Positions 53,019 through 64,000 of a stretch of 64,000 nucleotides of DNA are shown one piece after another. The stretch lies in assembly GCA_964188305.1 (NCBI GenBank), contig OZ076887.1. One strand, given 5' to 3'. The position numbers and the translations under genes were made by a program. The DNA comes from Podarcis bocagei. Taxonomy: Eukaryota. Numbering within the stretch: the first letter of the stretch is position 1; each line of letters starts with the position of its first letter. Below the pieces are notes generated by a model that worked only from the letters and a program-made list of their open reading frames with translations, searched no databases and was not told where the DNA came from.

Positions 53019-53356
53019 AAGGTAAAGGTAAAGGGACCTCCGACCATTAGGTCCAGTTGTGGCTGACTCTGGGGTTGCGGCGCTCATCTCGCTTTATTGG
53101 CCAAGGGAGCCGGCATACAGCTTCCGGGTCATGTGGCCAGCATGACTAAGCCACTTCTGGTGAACCAGAGCAGCGCACGGAAACGCCGTTTACCTTCCTG
53201 CCGGAGCAGGACCTATTTATCTACTTGCACTTTGACGTGCTTTCAAACTGCTAGGTTGGCAGGAGCAGGGACCAAGCAATGGGAGTTCACCCCATCGAGG
53301 GGATTTGAACCGCCGACCTTCTGATCGGCAAGTCCTAGGCTCTGTGGTTTAACCCA
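53019..53356 (-). mobile_element. Sauria SINE with 14-bp TSD
   Basis: TSD cagatagcagtata at 53005-53018 and 53357-53370. Confidence 0.94.
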
Positions 53357-54527
53357 CAGATAGCAGTATAGTTAGCAGCAAAATCCATATGAAGCTGCCA
53401 CTGAATCACGGCTATTGGTTCATTTAGTTCAGCATTGTTTTTACTGACCGGATTTCAGGCAAGGAATCTCTCTCTGCCCTCTCTGGAGATCCCTGGGATT
53501 GAAGCTGGGAGCTTTTACATGCAAAGCAGATAGTCTACCACTGAGCTACAGAGAGAATCCCAATGTACGGAGGTGTATATCAGGATATTTTTTTTAAAAA
53601 TGGTCTTGACATGACACTAGAACTGTATGAAAAAATTTTGCATCAAGTGGTCCATGAAGTGGAAAATGAGCAAAAAAATTATACTAACAGAAATTACTAA
53701 CATACTCTATGTTCTAGTCAATGTTCTACAGTTAAGTGAGCCTTTGCACATAATGTTCCTACTGTAAACATAACCAGGGTAAGCATTTCATTGCATAAAA
53801 GCAAGATAAAAATACCAGTTCTATGGCTTTGAATAATATACCAGTTTTGATAGAACACCAGCCAGGAGAATAGATGCCTTTGGGAATTATTTATGCTTCC
53901 TTCTGTGTTGGTTTTATCAACATAACCATACCATAGTCCATTCTTGTCTATGAGGATCACAGTTTTTTGAGCATGGAAATAGAATCCCAACGTCATTTTT
54001 GTATAATATATGCATAAAGGAATCAAATTTTTCATGCATGTTTCATACAAGAAGAAAATGACAACAATAGGACATTTTCACATTTTAAAACATACACATT
54101 TCAGTAGTCGAGTATGAGCCTATATAGATGAAAACATTATGACATATTCTCATATGTCAGAGTCTATATTTTAAAAGCCTTTCAGGTCCTTTTGATAATG
54201 TTTTACAGAGATAATTGAGGCAGTTGGTTGGTTGTATTTTGCTGCTGATAGCCTGGTATCCAATATTTTAATGTTTTTCTTATTTTGTTTATTTATCTAT
54301 TTATTTATTACATTTGTATACTGCCTTTCATTCGTAGAGCTCAGGACGGTTCGCAGCATAAAAATACAAGATAACACCACAAAATACATTTCTTAGTTGT
54401 TGTGGCTGTATATTCCATGTTACAATCTGTAAATCACACTGATTTTTCTTTTATATAAAGAGTGGTATATAAATGAAATAATAATTTAGTAAATAAATAA
54501 GACACTAAACTGCTTGGAGGTTGTTGG

Positions 54528-54557
54528 GTTTGTTTGTTTGTTTGTTTGTTTGTTTGT
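54528..54557. repeat. (TTTG)n microsatellite
   Basis: Direct tandem repeats. Confidence 0.9.
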
Positions 54558-54679
54558 TGTTTACTAACAAGCAGCATATAAATCTTAAGGAATAAAATAA
54601 ATAAATAGTATACACATCTCTGTATATTTTTAAAAAACTGAAACAGCAGACTTTAGTAAAAAAATTATTAAAAACTTAC

Positions 54680-54866
54680 CTGCAACGTAGTCACCAAACC
54701 CAATCGTTGATAGGGTGATAACTACAAAATATATTGCATCTAGTGTGTCCCAGTCTTCTATGTGCTTGAATATGACTGCAGGGAGAGCAACAAACAGCAC
54801 ACAACCAAACAGTATGAATATTATTGTCGATATGATGCGAATCTTTGTCTGACTCACATTCCATTT
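54680..54866 (-). CDS. KCNK2: KCNK2/TREK-1 exon 5 (M3, pore helix 2, selectivity filter 2)
   Basis: [62 protein letters not shown](G); acceptor cccAG, donor G/GTAAGT; 187 bp. Confidence 0.97.
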
Positions 54867-56112
54867 CTGGGAGGGGCGGAAGAACAAAGAAAGGGAAAGG
54901 TGGATGGAAGAAGAGAAGAATCCATTATTAGTAAAACAGTGGCTTTGTATGTATGCATGTATGTGTTTATAAAATGTTAATGTTTTTACTAAAAACCTCT
55001 AGACACAACGTTTAAAAGTTTCTAAGAAAACAAAGCATGCAGCAAAACAGCACTAAGAGCAAAAGCACAAGGTTGACAGTGGGGGCGGGAATCTTTCATG
55101 GGTACAGGGTAAATAAGTTTCAGCAATGAGTCTCCCCAAGACCCAAGGAGACAAGTCTCATAAGAAGATAGCGTGGGCTGACAATAGAAATACATGATTG
55201 CGAAAAATGCAAAATAATGTAAAATTGATGTGCTTTATTTTCTTATGCCTTAGGTTGTTTTGGTTATATAAATTAGTCTCATTTAGGTTCTACACATTTT
55301 TCCTTCAAGGAATTTATTTCCTAGGATAATATAGTGTGATGTTGGTTTTTTAAAAAATGGCACCAAAGTCGCTGCAGGAATTCAATGTCACTCTTACCCT
55401 TTTATGTCTGTGGTCATGATACATAAACTCCACAGGTGAAACTAAAGTAAATATTTACATGTGCTCTGGGCATGCTCTTATTATTAAAGTGAGTGCAATG
55501 ATTCTTGTGCATTTCCTCCCAACACAGCTTCCTTTTTCCTCCTTGCTTTCTTGTGCAATGTGTTTTTATAACTTTCAAGGCCAAAAGCCCTTTGGTAAAG
55601 GCTTTATATAAGCACCAGGGTTTTACCATTGTCTTAGGCAACTTAGATAGATACTGCAGAAAAAGTAGTACAATTCACCTCATGGCCATTTTTCTTACTA
55701 TTATTTTATTGGGGAAAGTAGTTTTGGGAGGTGGCATCATGATGCAGAGAAGTGCGAGAGATGTTTAGCCCTTTGTGCACCTTTACATCTCTGCTCTAAA
55801 TAATCCACCCCATAGCACAGTCCTTGGTAGCAGGGCAGCAGAAGGGCCAGAGAAGAAATGCAGTAGGCATGGTCTTTGCTCTGGGAACCTAAACATGTAC
55901 TTGTTCGTGCTACATGTAGCTGTACACACTTTACCTCTCGACAACTTCCAAAGCTTTTCCACCATGTAAAATGATTAATTGCATTAATTGCATCTTGTAG
56001 TTTTGTAATGGATCCTGTTATATGCTTTATATTATTATTATTTTATATGCCTGTTGCCTATAAAATAATAATAATATAAAGCATATAACAGGGGGTTATA
56101 TGCATATAACAG

Positions 56113-56160
56113 GGGGGTCACGAAGAGTCGGACACGACTAAATGACTAAACAACAACAAC
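56113..56160 (+). mobile_element. Extremely truncated BovB 3' terminus
   Basis: ggggtcacgaagagtcggacacgactaaatgactaaacaacaacaac. Confidence 0.8.
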
Positions 56161-56224
56161 ATTATTGCTTTTGTAAGTTACAGAAGTTATTTGTGGTTCA
56201 AGACAACATGTTTAGCATACTCAC

Positions 56225-56385
56225 AACAAACGTGTCTTCTACTTTGGCGATTCCTTTCCCAAATATGGTCCCAAGTTGATCTCCAACTCCAGCCAACAGA
56301 AAACCAAAGAGAGGAATTCCCAGTAAGGCATAAATGATGCAGAATATCTTTCCACCTTTTGTACGTGGCGAGCTGTTCCCAAATC
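56225..56385 (-). CDS. KCNK2: KCNK2/TREK-1 exon 4 (end of selectivity filter 1, M2)
   Basis: (G)[53 protein letters not shown]; acceptor tttAG, donor GTT/GTGAGT; 161 bp. Confidence 0.97.
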
Positions 56386-57017
56386 CTAAATTACAAACAA
56401 CTTGAGCTGTTGATAAATCAGTTAAAGGCATTAAATTACACATCTAATTTGTACTGCAGATAAGGACACTTTTTAAATGTTCCCTAGGAGTATATATCAC
56501 ATTAAAACATTCATATGGAGATCTTACCCTAATTGGATTGCTAAACTCACTTAAAACTGAACTGCACTTGGGTGTTCTGCAAGGAAACAATTTGTCTTTC
56601 TAACACAGTGAAACTGCCACTGAAGAGCTCTGTTACTCTTTACAAATGATATCACTACAGAGGCTTTATTGGGAAAATTCATTTCAAAGAGGATTTTTCT
56701 GGTGCTTTGAGAGAACCAGATCTTCATAGACAGCCACTAAATAATCTACTTGTACAATATGAACTCATTATTTTTCACTGCACACCCTCAAGACCATACA
56801 GAAACAAAACCCCACCAACTTTACTGAAGCTGAAGATTTTACTTGAACTGTTCACATAATGTATGCCATGTTTTGCTAAATATAATTAATTCAGTGGCAC
56901 TTGTGAGTTCATATTTTACATGTTACCATAGCTGCTTTGAAGTATAGCTTCCTCCTTTCCCTCAACTCCATCAGGTTGCTGAAGAAGAGCTTGAGAAGCA
57001 TACCTTCATGGTGTTAT

Positions 57018-57293
57018 ACCAGTATACTTGAAGGAGCGTCTCCACCCCCATCGTTCAACCTGGACACTGAGGTCCAGCTCTGAGGGCCTTCTGATGGTTC
57101 CCTCACTGAATGAAGTGAAGTTACGGGGAACCAGACAGAGGGCCTTCTCAGTAGCGGTGCCCACCCTGTGGAATGCCCTCCCATCCAATGTCAAGGAAAT
57201 AAACAACTATCTGACTTTTAGAAGACATCTGAAGGCAGCCCTGTTTAGGGAAGTTTTTAATGTTTGATTCTATTTTTAATATTCTGTTGGGAG
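57018..57293 (+). mobile_element. L2-type LINE 3' fragment
   Basis: ORF 57028-57267 (LRSS...RAFSVAVPTLWNALP...FRRHLKAALF). Confidence 0.88.
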
Positions 57294-57353
57294 CATGTTA
57301 ATATAAAAATGTGTACAAAGAGAGTAAGAAGGAGAAAAGAGTGAGTATATCTA

Positions 57354-57576
57354 CAGTGGTACCTCGGGTTAAGAACTTAATTCGTTCTGGAGGTCCGTTC
57401 TTAACCTGAAACTGCTCTTAACCTGAGGTACCACTTTAGCTAATGGGACCTCCTGCTGCCGCCGCGCCGGAGCATGATTTCTGTTCTCATCCTGAAGCAA
57501 AGTTCTTAACCTGAAGCACTATTTCTGGGTTAGCGGAGTCTGTAACCTGAAGCGTCTGTAACCCGAGGTACCACTG
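57354..57576. mobile_element. Tc1/mariner MITE (same family as 8353-8593, opposite orientation)
   Basis: TIRs cagtggtacctcgggtta / taacccgaggtaccactg; TA TSD on both sides. Confidence 0.92.
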
Positions 57577-59878
57577 TATATCCATACCTATATCTATACA
57601 ACATTAGTTCACGTGTCCTGTTAGCCACAGCAAGAAATGACCTATGACTTAGAATGGAAAAACCATAGTGGTAATGGCGTCTTCCTGTGGTTTGCTTATA
57701 GAAAAACAAACCATGAATGCTGTTTCACATGTACGTACTGCTAAGTGAAGTATCATGGTTTGTGTCTCCTGGCTCTAGGCAGGGCAGAGTGAAGCAAGAC
57801 CAGCTGAGCAGTATACACCAGTTGCTAATCACGATGCTGTGCCTCCACAGCTGGAGGCAGTAATGCTTCTGAATACCAGTTGCTGGAAATCACAGGAGGA
57901 GAGATTGCGTTTGTACTAAAATCAAATTATGGGTTTCCAACAGACATCTGGTTGGCCACTGTCAGAACAGGCTGCTGGACTAGATGGGCTGCTGGTCTGA
58001 TCCAGAAGAGCCCTACTTACGTACCTGTGCTATTTCTTAAGCCATGAATCAGGCACATTGTTTCTCTGTGTGTATATGTGTGTTTCAAGGAGAATGGAAA
58101 CAAAACAATAAATCAAGACAAATGTGGGTTATCTAATTTTTAAGCAAAAAAAATTCTGTTCAGTAGATGTGGCATATATAACTGGCCAAAGAGGACATGG
58201 CAGTGATGATACACAAGACATTACATTTTGGACCAGAGTACCTAACAGCTTGAGAACACCTGTTGACACTGAGTTTGAGCATCAATTCTACGTTAGCTGA
58301 AGCATTAAGCAGCAAATTCCGTGAGGAATTTTAGTTGAGAGAGAACACTGTCACATAATTACCTCTTTTAATTCAGCTTGTTGCTCAGCATAGTTTAGCT
58401 TTTATCATGATTTGCCCTCTTTCACAGAACCTACTGTATTTCTCAGCTGGCACGTAACATCTCTCTTCTGTTGGAATTATTTTAGTATGCTATATTCGGA
58501 TGCTGCTATGCTTTGGCACAGGGTTGAAGACTCACTGTGTGGAAAATTTTCTTGCAAAGTATAACTGTCTCATTTTCAGTCTATTACTTGCTTTTAATAT
58601 AAATCATTACACATTTTAAAACCAGACAATGTTAAGTTTAAAACAAAGGGGGAAGTTACAGAAAAATTACGCTTCATGCCTTTGCAGGAGACATGGAGGG
58701 GAAATGCGAATGACTCATGCTTCTGCCCCCTGGCATGAGCGGTGGGAAGGAAAGAGGTATATCAGTTATAGAGAAATGAACATTATGTCCATGCTAGGAA
58801 GAACATATATCTTGCCTTGGGCATATACGTATCTCTCCACCTTCCTATCTCCAGGATGCAACAGAAGAAGGGAAGGAAGGCCACTCCATCAACTCTGCTA
58901 GGAAGTCAGTTACTGCTTCCTTCTTTCCCTCAACTCCATCAGGTTGCTGCAGAAGAGCTGGGAAGCAGGATTCTGCTGAGAGACCATCAACTTTGGGCTT
59001 CTCCTCTGCTTGAACTGCTTCCATTTCAGCTAGCCATTTTAAAAACTTTGTAACTAAGTCTGCATGCACGCTAGCCCACCTGTAGCACCAAAATGTAGTT
59101 TTTCTCCACCCAGAATCATTCACGCTCATCCTCAACTTTCTGCTTTCAATTTAGATTGATTCTAGATTCTGCTGTCCACAAAGGTGGGTGTGGTTTCTTG
59201 ATACATGCTTGAAAACCTTGCCCCTGATTAGGTTATCCACATCCTTTCTTCTCTGCACATGCCCCAGGTGAATGAAGATGGTAGTCGAGATTGTGATCTT
59301 GGTATACACCCACCCACAATGCCACTGGGCAAGTGTGGTTACGCACAAACCCATTGACAGAACCACTTACAGCAGTTCCCAAATGGACACACTGTAGGGT
59401 AACACTGACTCAACCTTTTATTTAACGAGCTTTTATATTCAGAATGAAACCAGTTTCTCAAGAAGCACTTTTCAGGGGCAAAAAATATGCGGTATATCTA
59501 GATTCTGTGTGAACTATGCAGAAAAAACCCAGTACACAATTCTCCATTGACTCTAGAATTAAATGTTGTGGGTATGCAATCTAAGAACTTCCTTCCCAAT
59601 CCCTTTGTCATGTATTTTATATTGTAAACCTGAGGACAGGGATTGTCTAATTTCAGATTATTGTAAACTACTCTGGGAACCTTTCAGCTGAATAGGGAGA
59701 CAAAAATGCTTTAAGTTGGGGTGGCTATTCATTTTTGGACAAAGGACCCACGGCCAAATTTCAGTCAAAAGTGGGAATGGCTGAAGTGTAGAACGACATA
59801 ATTTTTAGCCCTTTTTCTATGAGTTATGAATGATAAAATTCTTCATATCAGTTAGCATTGGGAAGAACTGCTCACACT

Positions 59879-60255
59879 GGTAAAGGTAAGGGTAAAGGTA
59901 AAGGACCCCTGAGAGTTAAGTCCAGTCGTGAACGACTCTGGGGTTGCAGCGCTCATCTTGTTTTCATGGCCGAGGGAGCTAACGTTTGTCTGCAGACAGT
60001 TTTTCCAGATCATGTGGCCAGCATGACTAAGCCGCTTCTAGCGAACCAGAGCAGCGCACAGAAACGCCATTTACCTTCCCGCTGGAGCGGTACCTATTTA
60101 TCTACTTGCACTGTGACATGCTTTCAAACTGCTAGGTTGGCAGGAGCTGGGACTGAGCAACAGGAGCTCACCCCATCGAAGGGATTCAAACTGCCAACCT
60201 TCCGATCGGCAAGCCCTAGGCTCAGTGGTTTAGATTACAGTGCCACCCATGTCCC
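59879..60255 (-). mobile_element. Sauria SINE, full length, variant subfamily
   Basis: Has the diagnostic internal segment aacgtttgtctgcagacag absent from most other copies. Confidence 0.9.
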
Positions 60256-60547
60256 TCACAGTAAGTGGTCCCAAAGAGTGATGCTATCTAAAGTGTGTGT
60301 CACACTTGCAGGCTTGCCATCAGCATCTGATTGGCCACTATGAGAGTGAGGTTTAATTGGTTTAATTCACACAGAAATGGGAAAATACCTATGTGTATTA
60401 ATGAAGGTTTAAAATGGAAAATGGCTAAATGTGTGGCGCTAACATTGGGGTTTTTCCACAGTAATTTTCTAAGAGAATCTAAGCGCCTAAATGGGTTGAT
60501 GATTACCTGTTGATTGTTTTCTGTTACTCTAAACTGAATGTAACCTA

Positions 60548-60640
60548 AAGGTAAAGGTATCCCTGAGCATTAGGTCCAGTCGCAGACAACTCTGGGTTTG
60601 CAGCACTCATCTCGCTCTATAGGCCGAGGGAGCCGTCGTT
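60548..60640 (-). mobile_element. 5'-truncated Sauria SINE with 9-bp TSD
   Basis: TSD tgtaaccta at 60539-60547 and 60641-60649. Confidence 0.85.
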
Positions 60641-60662
60641 TGTAACCTAGTAATGTAACCTA

Positions 60663-60992
60663 ATGTAAAAGTAAAGGGACCCCTGACCATTAAGTCCAGT
60701 TGTGACCAACTCTGGGGTTGCGGCACTCATCTCGCTTTATTGGCCGAGGGAGCCGGCGTCATGTGGCCAGCATGACTAAGCTGCCTCTGGCAAACCAGAA
60801 ATGCCGTTTACCTTCCCGCCGGAGCGGTACCTATTTATCAACTTGCACTTTGACATGCTTTCGAACTGCTAGGTTGGCAGGAGCAGGGACCGAGCAACGG
60901 GAGCTCACCTGTCACGGGGATTCGAACCACCGACCTTTTGATGGGCAAGTCCTAGGCTCTGTGGTTTAACCCACAGCGCCACCCGCGTCCCT
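60663..60992 (-). mobile_element. Sauria SINE, full-length head, 16-bp TSD
   Basis: TSD ctagtaatgtaaccta at 60647-60662 and 60993-61008; A box TGGCGCTGTGG and B box GGTTCGAATCC intact. Confidence 0.93.
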
Positions 60993-63392
60993 CTAGTAAT
61001 GTAACCTAGTGAGTTGCAAATTCACCATCTTGAAAGGGTGGTGGCTTTTAGTCTTTCTCTGAATGTCACAGAGAACAAAAGGATGTAAAGGAAGCTCTCC
61101 AAGAAGCTGTATAGCCTTAGGCAGCCTGAGGCAGGCTGCAATGGGTGACAGAGAAGGTGTTTTGATTTTTAGAGCTATCTTTTATTTTTAAGAGGCTGAG
61201 CCTGTGCTGGATAGTACAAACCACTGTATGGACATTTTGGATGTATCCTTGATACTTATGTTATGTTTCTGAAAAGTTCTGCAAGTAAACTTTGAATGAT
61301 TTTTTTAATGGGCTCATTTCCAAAAAGAGTCAGTTCTTAGGCATCCAGTCACTTCATACGGTGTAACATTAACATCTGCAATATGGACTGGGTGGGCTTT
61401 TGATCTGATACAGCAGAACTCTTCTTATGTACTTTAAGATACTATGCAGAAATAGGAATCTTAGCTTTCTGTACTTCACCCTCTTTGCTTCTTCAAGACA
61501 ACCAGAGCCACTCTAAGAAATAACAAACCCATACTTTTCTAAACTAGAAAAGGCCATTCCCCAGACTAGGAGGCAAAACACTATCTTTATAAACCACTCC
61601 TATTCACATGTACATGATAATGTCCATCCACAAGTTCAGATTAATCAGAATATTCATAGTTATCCCCTGATTTTAGTATGGTACCTCTCCATACTGGCTT
61701 TTAAGCTGAAAATGTGCAGGAGGTAAGCTGGGTGCAATGAATAGTTAAATAAGCAAACAACAAATTGTAGTTTGGATTCTTTCCATACTTGGACTCCAGA
61801 GAAATAAAGAAACAACCTTGAGATGTTGAACCTTGAGGATACCTGATGTAGGAAAACTTGTATAGTCTAAACAAAAATTAAAGCTTAGCATCAATTATCT
61901 TGATACATAGGAATAATTCATAAACCAACAAAGCCCAGTATCTTTTTGTTTTCTAAAGTAATGGAATAGCACATAGTTTTCATCCCAAGTCAAACTGCAT
62001 GTTGAAATATGGATCAGTGAGTTTTCTCTTGTCTGCCTATGTTATTTGCCTATGAAATGCATTAGCATATGATGTAGGTTGTGGAATACTCCAAGAGCCT
62101 GTGTCAAAAATACTTACATCATAAAGTATAACAGGTTTGGCTATCTAGGCATCTTACAAATGCTTTGGCACTTCTGAAACTGCCAACCTTACAGTGGGGA
62201 GGAAGAAATATATGCTGAATCAGTTACGTATTGCTTTTGTGGATTCCATGTACCATATCCATATTACCTTAAAACAGGGAACTGATGAGTGGGCTTGATG
62301 TTTAAGCAAAAGTGGGGTTTGAGGAATTTGTGTTGTAGACTTCTGATGTTGTATATTTATATTTTCTAATGTTTCCATAGCTTGTAAAAATAAAAGAATG
62401 CAAAGTATTTATTCCTAAAGCCAAAAAATAGCTATATTCTTTGACTTTATTATAAGGCTGTTCATAATTTCAGAACCAATGTGCATAGTACCAACAAAAT
62501 ACAATGAGAAGAGTGATATTGCTCAGTCCATATAAATGGACTGATTTGAAGCAATCAAACTGGATATTTTAAGATGCAGAAAGGTACTATCTGCCAACTG
62601 GTATCAATTTCAGCTTTGTACCTTATGATGCAATTTAAGGCCCCCATACATCATTTTTGGAAGGCAGCAGAAAGGGGGCAAATATCAACTCAGTCAGTCA
62701 TATTGGAGAGCCTGGAATTAGGCACACTATTCCCCATCAGATACAATTCGTTTCATCCATGTACCTTATGACATAATTATGGGTCTTGGAAACGTGCTTT
62801 GAGATCTGCTAAATGTCCTAGAAGTTGCATAGAAGATTGGCTGGCAATTCTGAAAGTGCCAGAACTTTTGTATAGTGTATATTTTATTGTTCTAAGCTGC
62901 TTTGAGACCTACATGGTGGAAAGGGGAATATAGTTTTTTAAAAAAATAAATAAATGAAAAACATTTATGCAGTATCTAGATATTCAAAATTTTTGTACCT
63001 AATCGTATGCTATGACTTGAGTATTTTCACATGGTCACTGGAACTAGAAGGCCTAGGGGAGAAAGGCGAGCCATTTTATAGTTTGCAAATTTCATAGGAA
63101 GATAGGAACAAGGTTACTTACACACCTGATGAAAGGTAGATTAATGGGGAAGCAAGGCTGCTAACAGAAAGAGATCTCAGAAGAGCTCTAAACTCATTTA
63201 TGTGAAGAGCTCGCCAGGATTTTCCTGAAGGCAGGAAAACCCTTAGAGCTCTGAAGATGCTTGGGAGGGAAAGCTTTCCCAGGGCATGGACTGAACAATA
63301 GCCATCATTGGTAGCAGCCATTGCTAGGCTTACGCTCCCTGAGTTTGTCTACTCCTCTTTTAAAGTCATCCAAGTTGGTGGACTTCACTATA

Positions 63393-63740
63393 AAGGTAAA
63401 GGTAAAGGGACCCCTGACCATTAGGTCCAGTCATGACCGACTCTGGGGTTGCGGCGCTCATATCGCTTTACTGGCCGAGGGAGCCGGCGTACAGCTTGTG
63501 GCCAGCATGACTAAGCCGCTTCTGGCGAACCAGAGCAGCGCACGGAAACGCCGTTTACCTTCCCGCCGGAGCGGTACCTGTTTATCTACTTGCACTTTGA
63601 CGTGCTTTCGAACTGCTAGGTTGGCAGGAGCAAGGACCGAGCAACGGGAGCTCACCCCGTCATGGGGATTCAAACTGCTGACCTTCTGATCGGCAAGCCC
63701 TAAGCTCTGTGGTTTAACCCACAGTGCCACCCAAGTCCCT
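63393..63740 (-). mobile_element. Sauria SINE, full length, 12-bp TSD
   Basis: TSD gacttcactata at 63381-63392 and 63741-63752. Confidence 0.94.
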
Positions 63741-64000
63741 GACTTCACTATATACTGTGGCAATTATTATATCTGTATAATTATTTTTAAAACGCTTCTT
63801 GTGTGAAATGATTTTTTTTCTTTTTTCTTTGTCGATTTTTGTGTGTAAAACTTATTAATAATGATTTAATAAAATACAGAAATAATGGTATCAGCAGGTT
63901 GTGCAGTAGCATAAGTCTTTCCTAGAAATCATGCTGTTGTGATTAACTTAACTTCCTAGAAAAGCACTCTGGATTTATGGGGGAAATGTCTATAATTACT

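Noticed and set aside
22778-63763. Recurring ORFs containing MTKPLLANQSS, and tRNA-like A/B boxes
   Set aside because: These are translations and Pol III heads of Sauria SINE copies, not genes or tRNAs.
56386-64000. KCNK2 exon 3 (ending ...GTVITTI)
   Set aside because: No matching coding sequence seen; upstream exons probably lie outside the window.

Overview
Vertebrate genomic DNA, most likely from a lacertid lizard (inferred from Sauria SINE, RTE-BovB, CR1, L2, Penelope and hAT content). The only host gene is KCNK2 (TREK-1, two-pore K+ channel) on the minus strand. Its last four coding exons are 56385-56225, 54866-54680, 40895-40756 and 16124-15807 (161/187/140/318 bp, all GT-AG, phases join in frame), followed by a ~2 kb 3'UTR ending near an AATAAA at 13849-13854. 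Exons 1-3 were not found and probably lie beyond 64000. Positions 1 to ~13800 are downstream intergenic DNA. The rest is intron rich in mobile elements. Most notable: (1) a 1438-bp non-autonomous hAT element (50885-52322; perfect 15-bp TIRs, perfect 8-bp TSD) that appears to carry a captured CpG-island promoter/first exon, with two ZNF143/THAP11-type motifs and a splice donor in phase with KCNK2 exon 6; (2) a young 5'-truncated CR1 LINE with an intact 973-codon ORF2 and a canonical U_UUA_AAC -1 slippery heptamer just before the ORF1 stop, leading into the ORF2 frame; (3) a Penelope-type fragment containing a minimal hammerhead ribozyme core in the sense of the KCNK2 pre-mRNA. Repeat family names and comparisons with human TREK-1 come from recalled sequences, not from a database search.
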